Assembly: GCA_043228905.1 (NCBI GenBank)
Contig: JBHGNT010000006.1
Location: 4,898,001 to 4,962,000 of the forward strand
DNA from: Azolla caroliniana
Lineage: Eukaryota; Plantae; Polypodiophyta
DNA: 64,000 nucleotides
Direction: 5' to 3'
The position numbers were made by a program, and so were the translations under genes. The notes below the pieces were generated by a model. It had not been told where the DNA came from. It did no database searches and saw only the letters and a program-made list of their open reading frames with translations. Shown piece after piece: positions 53,492 through 64,000 of the stretch (position 1 is the first letter of the stretch; every line of letters starts with the position of its first letter).

Positions 53492-54463
53492 TTACTCCAC
53501 TAGTACTTTATGAGTTTCTTTCTTATTTACTTCGACTTTGGGTGCCTTCACCTTCAAGACTCCATCTTTAAGCTCCGCTTTAATACCAGATGGATCAACA
53601 TTCTCAGGGAGCCTAATCCTCAGATTACAAGATCCGTAGCTTCGCATTGACCAATCATCTTCTTCCTCCTTAGCCTCATGATCTGCCTTGAGCACTAATT
53701 CATCATCTTCCACAGTGAGCTGCACCTCATCTTTGGTATAACCCGGCATATCCACCCTCAACTTGATGCATTTATCATCTTCCACAACATCCCATGGAAT
53801 CCGACTGTCACTGAGCATGTCTCCAAACCTTCGGTATGGATCCAAAAGAGTCTGACCATCAAAGAGGCGGTCCACTGTGTCCATCATTTGTGTTAGAGAT
53901 GTGCTAGGTCCAAAGAAGGGAGAAAAAAGGCCTGCGGCAGACAATAACATGAATTAATTATGTATCAATCCAACTAAAGACAGATGGAAAATTAACAACG
54001 TCGATCAGAATGAACAAATGAATGAACATTTAAATGAACAAAAGAATGAACATTTAAATCTATATTCACTTCATAGGAATCCATCTAGTGCGAGCTGTAT
54101 AGACAGATTGAGGACTAATCCAACAAGAAAAACGACCCACATTGAAAGCAAGCTGGAATTAGCTCAAATTCAAAGGACTCAATGAAGAATTATAAGTATC
54201 ACAAAACAAGATTAATCTAAGGCAATCAAAGACAAACCAGGCATGACATTGCGTGGCCATCTGTTGGCCAAGGCTGAAGAACGCTCTCCTCCCCCTTGCT
54301 TGCGGACAGGAACTTGAACGTCATCACTTTGTTGCTTATCCTGAGCCTGATCTTGCAGGCTGGTGGTTGAGATTGATCTCTTCCCAGATGCAACAACCGC
54401 CTTCTTAGAATCATGAAGCTTAGGGAGACATACAATCTTCTTCCCAAGAGCACGTAGAGCCAT
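53492..54463 (-). CDS. Organelle-targeted (likely mitochondrial) small heat shock protein, 221 aa; exons 54238-54463 and 53492-53931
   Basis: Basic N-terminal presequence, SLTQMMDTVDRLF, RIPWDVVED...LRVDMPG, and IKAELKDGVLKV alpha-crystallin domain. A phase-1 intron gives 666 nt in frame. Confidence 0.92.
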
Positions 54464-55189
54464 TGTAATTATCTTCTTATATATTGCACCCCTGCATAAA
54501 AGAAAGGCAATACGGATTAGTTTAATCTAAGGAAATCTGAGCATTCAAAAACCCTGTTAGTCTATTGACCCAGAATCCAGGCACCATTTTCGTAAAAGTA
54601 TGAAACAACCCATAAAAACATGAGGTGTCGACGACACACTGCAAAAACAGACTTTGTAAATAAATCCTAATGCAAACTTGGGCCTTCATAAACCCTGAAC
54701 CCATGAAACCAAATACAAAATCGAGTTTTGTGAGTTCTACAGGCAACCTATTCTCGGCCTTATATTCTAAAGCCCATAACAGCAGACTTGCAATGAGATT
54801 TAGTGAGACACTTGGAGAATTTTAGGCTAGGCTATGAAAAAACCAAAGTACATCAATTTCCGAAATGTTTTGGACCCGCAAAAGTCAATGGATTATCTCC
54901 ATCTATTTCTATACCATATTACCATTACAAATAAACCGAGCGTTTGGGAATCTGACATCAAATAGAACCATTTCCTAAAACCCTAAAGGCATCCCGATTA
55001 AGACGATGCAGCACACAACAGAGAAGAGACAGAGAGAGAGAGAGAGAGAACTCACCTTGCAAGCAGAATTATCCACCACCACGCTGATGTTAAGCTAATT
55101 CTTTAGAACGCGCTTTGTCTCTTCCAATCTTTCGTCTTTTTCTTCTTCTTCTCTGGTTGAGGCAGAGAAGGCGAGGATGCTGCTCGCTT

Positions 55190-55272
55190 TTTGAAGCTTC
55201 CACAGCAAGCTTCGCCATAGCTCCAGAACTTTCTGGAAACGTGCTGCTTCCGAGACAGCATTTTAGAATGTT
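55190..55272. promoter_or_regulatory. Heat shock elements of the sHSP gene
   Basis: Perfect aGAActTTCtgGAAa at 55225-55239; GAAgcTTC at ~55193-55200; imperfect GAAtgTTT at ~55266. Confidence 0.8.
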
Positions 55273-55317
55273 TCCCGGTTTCACACTTGTCCGGGCCCCG
55301 CCCGCGTCCACAGCACG

Positions 55318-55547
55318 CTGGTCGCCATATTGTCCGCCCTCTGCCCATCTCATCCCGTCCGTGTTGTCCTCTCGGTCCATATCGTCCCGTCCGTATTGTC
55401 CTCGGTCAATCTCGTCCGTATTGTCCTTCGTATTTTCCTCGGGTCTGCGAAATCAAGCATCCGTCTTGTCCTCGGTTCCTATTGTCCCGTCCCCATATCG
55501 TCTGTATTGTCCTCCGTATATTTCCTCAGGGTGTGCGATCAAGCATG
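55318..55547. repeat. Array of ~10 degenerate CC(G/A)TA(T)(T/C)GTCC motifs in two higher-order blocks
   Basis: Each block ends CGTAT(A)TTT(T)CCTC(A)GGGT.TGCGA..TCAAGCAT. Confidence 0.75.
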
Positions 55548-56909
55548 ACGTAGCCCAGACCACCGACAACCATCCTTGGTATGTAGCTCTTTTTTTTAGC
55601 CCACAATGTTCATTTGTGGGTCGGATGCCCCCCCCCCCCCCCCAAAGTGCCATGTTCGGCTAACTGCTCAAAAGTGAAGAAACTCGATGTCCTTTCCGAG
55701 TAGAAAGTTCATACTACTGGTAAGTATAGCTCAAACCATAATGTGCTTGTTTGTTATGCTCAAAAATTCGCGGACCTTGTGAATGATCGAGTTTGTCCAC
55801 ATATTAGAGTATGTTGATGTGGCCACTTAAATGTCTTATGCATTAGACTCAGAACAATTGCGGTTTAATTTGGGAGGTTGTTGGGTGAGGCGAGCATAGG
55901 ATGCATAGTTTGAGAATCAAATATTGAGATGTTCTAATAGTTTGTGCATTGTGTATATGCAATGGTATAGGGAAATCCTTAGTTAAATGCCATGAGATGC
56001 AACCCGTGGTAGATATGGTCTCCATACAAGCAGCCATCCAGAGTGTGAAATATTTTGGTGTACAGGTGTATGGAATAAGGAATTACTTAAAGGTTTTGCT
56101 CATGGAGACATTAAGAATCATTAATCAAGTTATATTTAGTCGTGTTGATCATACCCTAAATGCCTTGTTATGGTTGAGCCACTTTGTGTTGATTCCAAAT
56201 AAGAGCTATACTATATCAAAGTAATATGTGGCAATGGTATCTCTAGGTGAAAAGTCCACTTGTCTATTTGTGGTTGAGGACATAGTACAAGCCTTGGTGT
56301 TTGTATGTGTTTGTGTATATATCAAACCCCATGTGCATGTACTTCAAACACCTGGTGTTTCTGTGTGCATTGTTCTCATGGTGATGTATGTAAAGGTCAA
56401 CCTTAACCAAGGTACTAATGGTGCCTCAAACACATACATCTTTATGATATTAGCTCTTTCCTAATTAGCCATGTTTGGTATGGAACCCTATAGACATGTC
56501 CATATGGATGCTGAGGAATTCATTCAATAGTTTACTTCATTAATTTTCATAATTTCAAAATTCAAATATATAAAGATGATGCGCAAGTAGGTGGCAAAGC
56601 TTAGATATTTCAACCTTGGGCAAGTCCAAAGGAGTGGGTCATCCTTTTTTTTTTAGTTTCAAAACACATCCACTACCAACTTGGTCCTAAAAATATGCCT
56701 TCAAATCCAACTTAAGGCTACAAACAAAATCATTACCCAAAGGCAATGTTAAAAAGTTTATTTATGTCCTTCTGATTATGACAAAAATCCGCTCAAAATT
56801 GGTAGTTCTCATGCGAGCAATGCTCCTATTTTGATTTATTTATGCATTTCGTAGATGAATGCAAAATTCTCTCTACAATGTCATCACGGATCGTATCTTC
56901 AAGTTGTTG

Positions 56910-57140
56910 TGTTTAGATTCTCATATTGAGAACCATCAAATGTTTGAACCACATATTTAATTTCCCACATACATGTGAAATTCATTACTTGAATCTACAA
57001 GTTGGGATGTGTAAAAGGCATGTTAGATTCTCATGTTGAGAACCATTTGAGCTTAGCCTAATGTTTGAAGTGTATATTTGATTGCCCACATACATGTGAA
57101 GACTCGTTGCTTGAATCTACAAGTTATGACGTGTAAAAGT
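56910..57140. repeat. Imperfect tandem duplication (~110-120 bp)
   Basis: TTAGATTCTCAT.TTGAGAACCAT ... CCCACATACATGTGAA ... TTGAATCTACAAGTT occurs twice. Confidence 0.75.
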
Positions 57141-58716
57141 CATGAAGTAAGCTTAATTTTTGTGTGCCCCACGTTGACATTATTTATAGATATTATGGAC
57201 AAATGCTCAATCGTTCTTGTGAACCATGCCATTTACATAAGCACAATTGAACCAGGTCAGGATGTTGGGCGTCAGCACTAGTAGATTCTTTGACCCACTC
57301 ATATCGATGATATTAAGAAATATCTTTAAAATGCAATCACATGACAAAGTTCAATATACAATACTAATAGTATGGAAGGGAGAGAATATGATCAAGATGC
57401 CAATGTTTTGTTTATACGACCAAGATGATAAGAACTCGATTGGAATAGGCTCCTTACGTGAGATTATGGCACGAGATAAATACAACTTGGATGATGAAGC
57501 AATGCTCTTACTGGTCAAGCGTATGGAAAATGTGCATGTATGTGTGTCATCAACAACCATCGATGCCATCTTACGCACGACCTAAGATGATAAGAGTTCG
57601 ACCAATATAAGCTCCTCCTCGTGTGAGTATGGCACGAGCTAATATGATTGGGATGGCAAAGTTGTTCATACTGGTCAAGCGTACAGAATATACACGCAAA
57701 TGTGTTCACAAGGAGACCGAGGCCATGTGACATAGTAGTAGTAGTTGACGAGTTTTATGGGACCATGGCATGGCAGATTGTTTGTTTGGTGGGAGTGGCT
57801 AAGGAGGTGTCCGATTGTCGGCGGCGAGTAAACACATGTTAGGAGGTGTGAACTTGATCTTGTGCAAAATGAATGTTTGCTCAACCCCAACATTATTTTG
57901 GCCTAGACAGACAAGGGTAAATAAAGTCTCTATTTTCCATGGTGGTCACTAAAATTTTGAGCACATAAAAAGACAGAGTCACTAGGGGGGCTTCTCTTCT
58001 ATTTTGGGTAATGAAAATGGTTACACTCTCCCAAAATCTCTCCCAAAAATGGAAGAAAATATGCTATCTTTCCTCCCTCCTACTAATTAGTGTGTTCTTT
58101 TCTAGTGTTTTCTTTTGACATTTCTCCCCTACTCTTTTTGTTTATAATCCCTTCCCCACCCCATCTGCCACTCTGCAATAATCTCATGCTGTGTCCCTCC
58201 CATTCAATGCTAATCACTACAGGAATCATTCATTTCTCTATTAATTATGTCCTCAAGCTGTGGATCTTGATCTCTAATCACCACATCGCTCATGTGGCTT
58301 CTATTGCTCCCTAATCACAAAAGTCCTCTACATGTATGCTCTGTTCCATCATTACCACCACCTCAAATTAGTCGCAATCACTAATCACCAGATTAGTCAT
58401 CCGCTAATCACTGTTGCTCTATAGCTCGTTGAATCTTCTACTAATGACTCCTTCAAGTGGGTAATTACGAAATCAATCATATGCGTTGTCATCGAGGTAC
58501 TTATGCTCTGTTTCATTATTAATTCCTCAATTGAGTCTTACTCATTAATTGCTATTGTTAATCATCTACAAATTACTAACTAGTATACAAATTGCGTCCT
58601 GACGAAGATTTAATCACTAAATACCGCATATGATTGTTTTTTTTATGTGTAACTATAATGATATGTTTTAAGATTTTTCCCTGAACAGATACCTATTACA
58701 AATAGAATTGGACAAC

Positions 58717-59781
58717 ATGGTATTGGATCAGATGAAGGAAATGAAGAAGGGATTATTAAGTGGGCACATGAGGAGTAGTCATGCAGTCAAACCACTAATT
58801 GTATATAGTTATGAGCCGGAGGTGGTTCACACGGACCCCTCCAACTTCATGAGAGTTGTACAAAGCCTCACAGGGTCATCAACAACAACATGGAACTTGT
58901 CTTCTTCACCAAAGTCACCTGCAACAGTATCCACATCCTCATCCTCATCATCATCATCATCATCATCACCAGCAGCCCAATCACCATCCACATCATCCAC
59001 AACAATTATGACATTGTTGCCAACATCATCTTCTACCATGGCATCCATGCCATCATCATCATCATCATCATCTTTGATATTGGCATCATCATCGTCGTCG
59101 TCTTCTGCAATGATCACATCCTCATCTTCGACCACTATTTCGGCCGAGTATTCGTTGCCGAATTCGTCTTCCCTTCCGGATCCATTTCCGTCAGCTGGCC
59201 GCTTGAGCCACAAGAAGCGGAAGTTCAAACATAATGTATCTATTACGAAGAAGCATGAACTCGTCGACGGATTTACTCGCAATATACTCATCAGTGATGA
59301 TGAACAGGAACTCTTAATCTCTTCCAAAACCCCCGTGTATGCTTCATCCGGTGATAATATCGATCATGAAATTACTAGGAAGGCAGCTCGATTAACCACT
59401 AATTCATCACTCGAGTCTAGTGACACTGAGATAATTCATCAGATTCATCGTACATTGACATCATCTTCATCACGATCTGAATCTTCAATAACATCTTTAT
59501 CATCCATCTTGTCAAGCGATCCAATACTGGAATCTTCAATGTCATCGAATTCTTGGTCCACTTGCTTAATCCATCCTGATGACATTTGTGAGAGTGATCT
59601 TGATCCACAGGTTTATCAGGAACCATTAGACATAAACTCGAGCTATTTCGACCATCACAAAGAAATTCGGAAACTACCTAGATCCTCTCAACATAATTCT
59701 TTTGCCATAGATTTTCTAGACGATGACATTGATCTCTTTGGAGATGTGTTATATGATGCAAGTATTGATGGTAGCCCTTAA
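58717..59781 (+). CDS. VQ motif-containing protein, Ser-rich
   Basis: PEVVHTDPSNFMRVVQSLTG matches FxxxVQxLTG (58846-58875). Intronless ORF with (TCA)n-encoded poly-Ser. Start codon tentative. Confidence 0.85.
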   Translation: MVLDQMKEMKKGLLSGHMRSSHAVKPLIVYSYEPEVVHTDPSNFMRVVQSLTGSSTTTWNLSSSPKSPATVSTSSSSSSSSSSSPAAQSPSTSSTTIMTLLPTSSSTMASMPSSSSSSSLILASSSSSSSAMITSSSSTTISAEYSLPNSSSLPDPFPSAGRLSHKKRKFKHNVSITKKHELVDGFTRNILISDDEQELLISSKTPVYASSGDNIDHEITRKAARLTTNSSLESSDTEIIHQIHRTLTSSSSRSESSITSLSSILSSDPILESSMSSNSWSTCLIHPDDICESDLDPQVYQEPLDINSSYFDHHKEIRKLPRSSQHNSFAIDFLDDDIDLFGDVLYDASIDGSP

Positions 59782-59849
59782 ATATGGCGTGCTTATCTTG
59801 CTAATCTAGACTTATATAACAAGTAGATTTTTGTGATGTTAGTCAAAGA

Positions 59850-59916
59850 TCTCATCTATCGCGAGGATGATATAACTAAGAGGGTCTCATCTATCACTAG
59901 GATGATATAACTAAGA
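59850..59916. repeat. ~35-bp tandem duplication in the VQ 3' region
   Basis: TCTCATCTATC...AGGATGATATAACTAAGA occurs twice. Confidence 0.8.
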
Positions 59917-61414
59917 AGGGTGATCAAGTTGCTGTTGTATATAGAAGATGAACCCTAGGTTTTGTTCTAGTATTTTGCTCAAAAACTTCGTGTATATTCC
60001 TTAAAATTGTATGCACAGGCTTCAGTAAATAACAGAGCACTATTCATAAAGTATGTCATCCATCTTTTGATAAAAATGCATCTCTATTATATAACGTGGT
60101 TCAATATTCTTTTCTGTATTTCTTTTTTAAATGGTTGTACAATTTATGTAAACATGGTCTTATGATGAGCCGTGAGATGACTTTAAATGTATTATTGGCA
60201 AGTTCCTGCCTCAAACTCCTCATTTGTTTGCAAGTGTGGATGTTAGCACATAAAACCATTATACCCATGCAGATCATTCTGTTTTTATTGCACTCTTCCT
60301 TATCTCGAAACTCAAAACTTGATGTGTGCGATAGGTAGTGGTTGCAAATTTCACGCTTAAGATTTAGGGAGAGTGTCCCCCCACATTGAGACTTTTTCAT
60401 TATATAAAATGTGCATGTTCATAGACTCTGATACAAATGCATATTCATTTGGTTAGTTATGCTCTTTTTCCATCTGGCAACTTATCACTGGTTTGCACCT
60501 TGTATATCCCCCAATTCCTTGGATTGTGACAGGCATCTTTTACCCCCCTCACGCCTCCCTGAAGACATTGCATTACAAATTTGTCCAGTTCACTAGTACT
60601 CTTGTTTTGGGCTTTCATGATTTCTAATGTTGCATCCCTGAATGGTATATCTCAAGAAGCACAATGTTGGCAGCTCTCTCTAAGATAGTCAAAAGCTCTT
60701 AGAAATTCACAAAAGAAGTGGCTAATTCAGTCACCATGCCAATAGCTATGTGTTGTCACCTATGTCAACGTATGATCCAACTAAAGGTGACAGTACACGT
60801 GCAAAAAGACAGCTACTTTTGTAAAATCTTGCAAAAAATGGTTGCTCATTGTGATCTTTCCATTAGTGTGTTGTACACTGATTGATTGCATACAATGATG
60901 ATGTATTCTTAGCACAAAATGGGCTATAACTTTCTCCATCTTTTATAATTCCCACAGATATTGGGCATGAATAGAAACCTAAGCAAAGCAAAGCATAACA
61001 TGGAGGAATATGTGAAATTTACAATATCTGTACACTACTTAAATGGGATCCCGTTCTGCAGTCTCATACAATGAGCTGTTTGTAGATGTTCTCTAGTCTT
61101 GTCAGGGCTGGCATTTCTACCTCTCAGTTGCAATAAGTGTGCATTACAGAGATTGCTTCGGGACAATCAGCTCTTCAAAGCATACACATTAACCAGTCCT
61201 TGATGAGCACTGATGGCTTAACCCAGAGACTTTGCTTTTGATAGCATGTGTGCCTTCTTTTGATGTTGTATTGTGAGCATATTGAACATCCAAATGAGAT
61301 ACACATCACTTATAAGTTTTGATGAAGCACCAAATCTTCATCATCATGGTTTTCTTACTCATGAGGAATTTGAGACATCTTAACATATGCTAAAAGCATC
61401 CTCTTTCATCCATA

Positions 61415-64000
61415 CTATACAGCTGACTCAAACACATGCTGTCCGAAGCCAAAGTTTCCCCAATGTTTACAGGCATTTAGCAATGTGTGCAGCAACAAGG
61501 GATTCCGAAAAATTGGCATCTTCTTGGCCATTAGAATTGCATTATCCAACTGACCTGTGTGTGCAAGGAGGTCAATAAGGCAGGCATAATGCTCATGAGT
61601 TGGTACAATCCCATATTGTTTGCTCATGTCTTCTAGGTATGTATAGCACTTATGAACCAAGCATGTGTGGCTGCAAGCACTCAACACAACAAAGAAAGCT
61701 ATCGAATCTGGCTCAATGCCTTCTCTCAGCATTATCTCAAAGTTATAAATGACTGTCATGCTATCTCCAATCTGAGCATATCCTGTTAGTAAAGCAGTCC
61801 AGGTGACAATATCCCGAAATGGAAGCATGTCAAAGACTTTTTTTGCTTCAGAAGGCAACCCACATTTTGCATACATACTCACTATGGCGCTACTAATGAG
61901 ATCACTTCGAAGAAAACCTCTTCTTTCGATATCAGCATGTATCTTTTGACCCATTCGTGTTGCACCAATATCACTGCAAGCTTTTAGGACACCGAGAAAT
62001 GTGATGACATCTGGAGACATACCCTCCGATGTCATCTGTTCAAAATATTCAAGTGCATCCTCACTGTACCTATAGCTTCCACATGCTGTGATAACAGAAT
62101 TCCATGATATAATGTCTTGAAATGGGAGTTTATCAAACGCTTCTGCTGCTTTAGCTAGAAAACCACTTTTAGCATGCATAATAACCATGGCATTTCCAAT
62201 GTGAATTTCTCTTTCTAAAAGCAGGTCGTCGAAATAATGCACCTCCCGAGCCCCTAATGTGAGACTCTCAATGCGATAATTACTAGCTTTCAAGACACAA
62301 ACAAATGAGACAACACTTGGAAAGATACCCTCTTGTAGCATCACCTCAAAATATTTGATGGCTTCCATATAATGGCCAAGTTCAGCATAACCTGCAATCA
62401 AAGTATTCCAAGAGACTTCATTTCTAAATGGAAGCTTCTCAAACACTTGTAGCGCTTTTGGGAGCAGACCACATTCAATATACATTTCCATCACAATGTT
62501 CCCGATACCCAGATTTATTTCAAACAAACCTCTTCTTTCAACTTCAGCATGAAGTTCTTGGCCCCTCTTTGCATCCCCCAAATTGCCACAAGCTTTTAAC
62601 ATGCAAATAAATGTGACCACATCAGGATATACACCCATCACTTGCATGAGTTGGAAATATTCAAATACTTTCTCGCTTGACCCTTCAATGACATGCCCTT
62701 CCATTATTGTTGACCATGACACAACATTCTGAACTTGAAGCCTGTCAAACAATTGTTGTGAACTATTAAGTGATCCAGTTTTGGCATACAAGCTAACCAG
62801 CATGTTGCCAAGAGCAAGGTCTGACTCAAAGAAACACTGCTTCTCTATTTCAGTATGCAGTTTCCAGAGAATGTCAATGCCATCACAAGCCTTCAAACTA
62901 CAAGAATATGTGAAAGCATTTGGAGAGAATCCCTCAAGTTTCATCAACTCCAAGCACTCAAGAACTTCTTGAGTCCTATCACACTCAGCATATCCTTGAA
63001 TAAGCAGAGTCCATGAGATAATATCTCGAACCAGAAGTCTATCAAATACTCCTTGTGCAGCGGTGAGAATACGACATTTGGCATACATGCGAGCCAAGGC
63101 ATTGCCAGTGCTGACATCTCCTTCCAAAAATCCAAGTTTTTCAATCTTGATATGCATAGCTTGACCCTCATCTATGGCTCCTATGTTGCCATAAACTCTC
63201 AGACAGCAAATATATGTCGCAACATTTGGTGCAACTCCAACAACCTCCATCTGCTTAAAACATTTAAGAGCTTCTAAGTCATATCCATAATCCGCATAGC
63301 CTGCTATTAGTGTAGTCCATGACACTACATCTCGATTTATAAGTTTGTCGAACACGTCCTGAGCTAAAGCAACTAACCCACATTTGGCATACATATCGAC
63401 CAAAGTGTTTCCGATAGCTGAATCTCCTTCCAAGAGCTTATTTTCTTCCACTTGTATATGTCTTTCTTTACCCTTATCTTTTGATCCTATGCTACAACAA
63501 GCTCTTAAGATATATATAAATGTGATGGCATTTGGGTTAATGACTTCACAAAGCATCCTCTCAAAACAGTCAAGTGCTTCCTTTCCAAGATCATGATCAG
63601 CATAGCCCCTTATTAAAGCATTCCATGAGTCTAATACTTTGATAGGGAGAGTGTCAAATACTTGTTTTGCTTCGGCAATGCAGCTACATTTAGCATACAT
63701 ATCAATTAGTATGCTGCCGATGATAGAGTTTTCGGTCAGCATTAAGCCACGTCTGTGGATCTCTTCATGTACTTTTTGGCCCTTCTCTAAAGCTCTAGTG
63801 CTTCCACAAGCTTTCAAAGTGCACATTAAAGTGATTACATTTGGGGAAATGCCTTCAAGTTGCATTTGTTCAAAACATTCAAGTGCTGCTTCATTATATC
63901 CATGTTCAGTATACCCAGTTACAATTGCAGTCCAAGAGACCACATCTTGGACCAGAAGATCATTCAAAACTTCATGTGCCATGTTAAAAAATCCACATTT
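61415..64000 (-). CDS. PLS-class PPR protein, 5' end beyond the window, E domain cut short
   Basis: Frame is open to the window edge (KCGFFNMAHEV...). Many P-L-S triplets (DVVSWT, GNTLVDMYAKCG) and HYACLIDLL E-domain start. Confidence 0.9.
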   Translation of the reverse strand, partial: KCGFFNMAHEVLNDLLVQDVVSWTAIVTGYTEHGYNEAALECFEQMQLEGISPNVITLMCTLKACGSTRALEKGQKVHEEIHRRGLMLTENSIIGSILIDMYAKCSCIAEAKQVFDTLPIKVLDSWNALIRGYADHDLGKEALDCFERMLCEVINPNAITFIYILRACCSIGSKDKGKERHIQVEENKLLEGDSAIGNTLVDMYAKCGLVALAQDVFDKLINRDVVSWTTLIAGYADYGYDLEALKCFKQMEVVGVAPNVATYICCLRVYGNIGAIDEGQAMHIKIEKLGFLEGDVSTGNALARMYAKCRILTAAQGVFDRLLVRDIISWTLLIQGYAECDRTQEVLECLELMKLEGFSPNAFTYSCSLKACDGIDILWKLHTEIEKQCFFESDLALGNMLVSLYAKTGSLNSSQQLFDRLQVQNVVSWSTIMEGHVIEGSSEKVFEYFQLMQVMGVYPDVVTFICMLKACGNLGDAKRGQELHAEVERRGLFEINLGIGNIVMEMYIECGLLPKALQVFEKLPFRNEVSWNTLIAGYAELGHYMEAIKYFEVMLQEGIFPSVVSFVCVLKASNYRIESLTLGAREVHYFDDLLLEREIHIGNAMVIMHAKSGFLAKAAEAFDKLPFQDIISWNSVITACGSYRYSEDALEYFEQMTSEGMSPDVITFLGVLKACSDIGATRMGQKIHADIERRGFLRSDLISSAIVSMYAKCGLPSEAKKVFDMLPFRDIVTWTALLTGYAQIGDSMTVIYNFEIMLREGIEPDSIAFFVVLSACSHTCLVHKCYTYLEDMSKQYGIVPTHEHYACLIDLLAHTGQLDNAILMAKKMPIFRNPLLLHTLLNACKHWGNFGFGQHVFESAV

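Noticed and set aside
55090-55663. Overlapping ORFs upstream of the sHSP gene
   Set aside because: They are open because of the GC-rich repeat array; no domain similarity, and they overlap promoter HSEs.
58827-59327. Asp-rich antisense ORF and Ile-rich alternative frame in the VQ gene
   Set aside because: By-products of the (TCA)n repeats that encode poly-Ser.

Overview
AT-rich, intron-containing plant nuclear DNA. The PLS/E-type PPR style suggests a non-seed plant such as a fern; this is inference. Nine protein-coding genes are supported: SMC2 (-), an SR45a/Tra2-like RS-RRM protein (+), PP1/TOPP (-), a PLS-E PPR (+), BRR2 (-), a PLIP-like class 3 lipase (+), an organellar small HSP (-), a VQ-motif protein (+) and a second PPR (-) running off the right edge. 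The left end holds a tandem array of nine tRNA-Ser(GCT) copies, only one clearly intact, between LINE and Ty3/gypsy remnants. Most notable: a 146-bp TGT...ACA foldback element with a 5-bp TSD in an SMC2 intron; a stop codon overlapping a splice donor that could switch a KEN-box tail onto SMC2; several duplicated splice signals and exons in the SR45a-like gene; and an inverted pair of repeats with tRNA-like heads at both ends. All exon boundaries were read by eye and are not transcript-verified.
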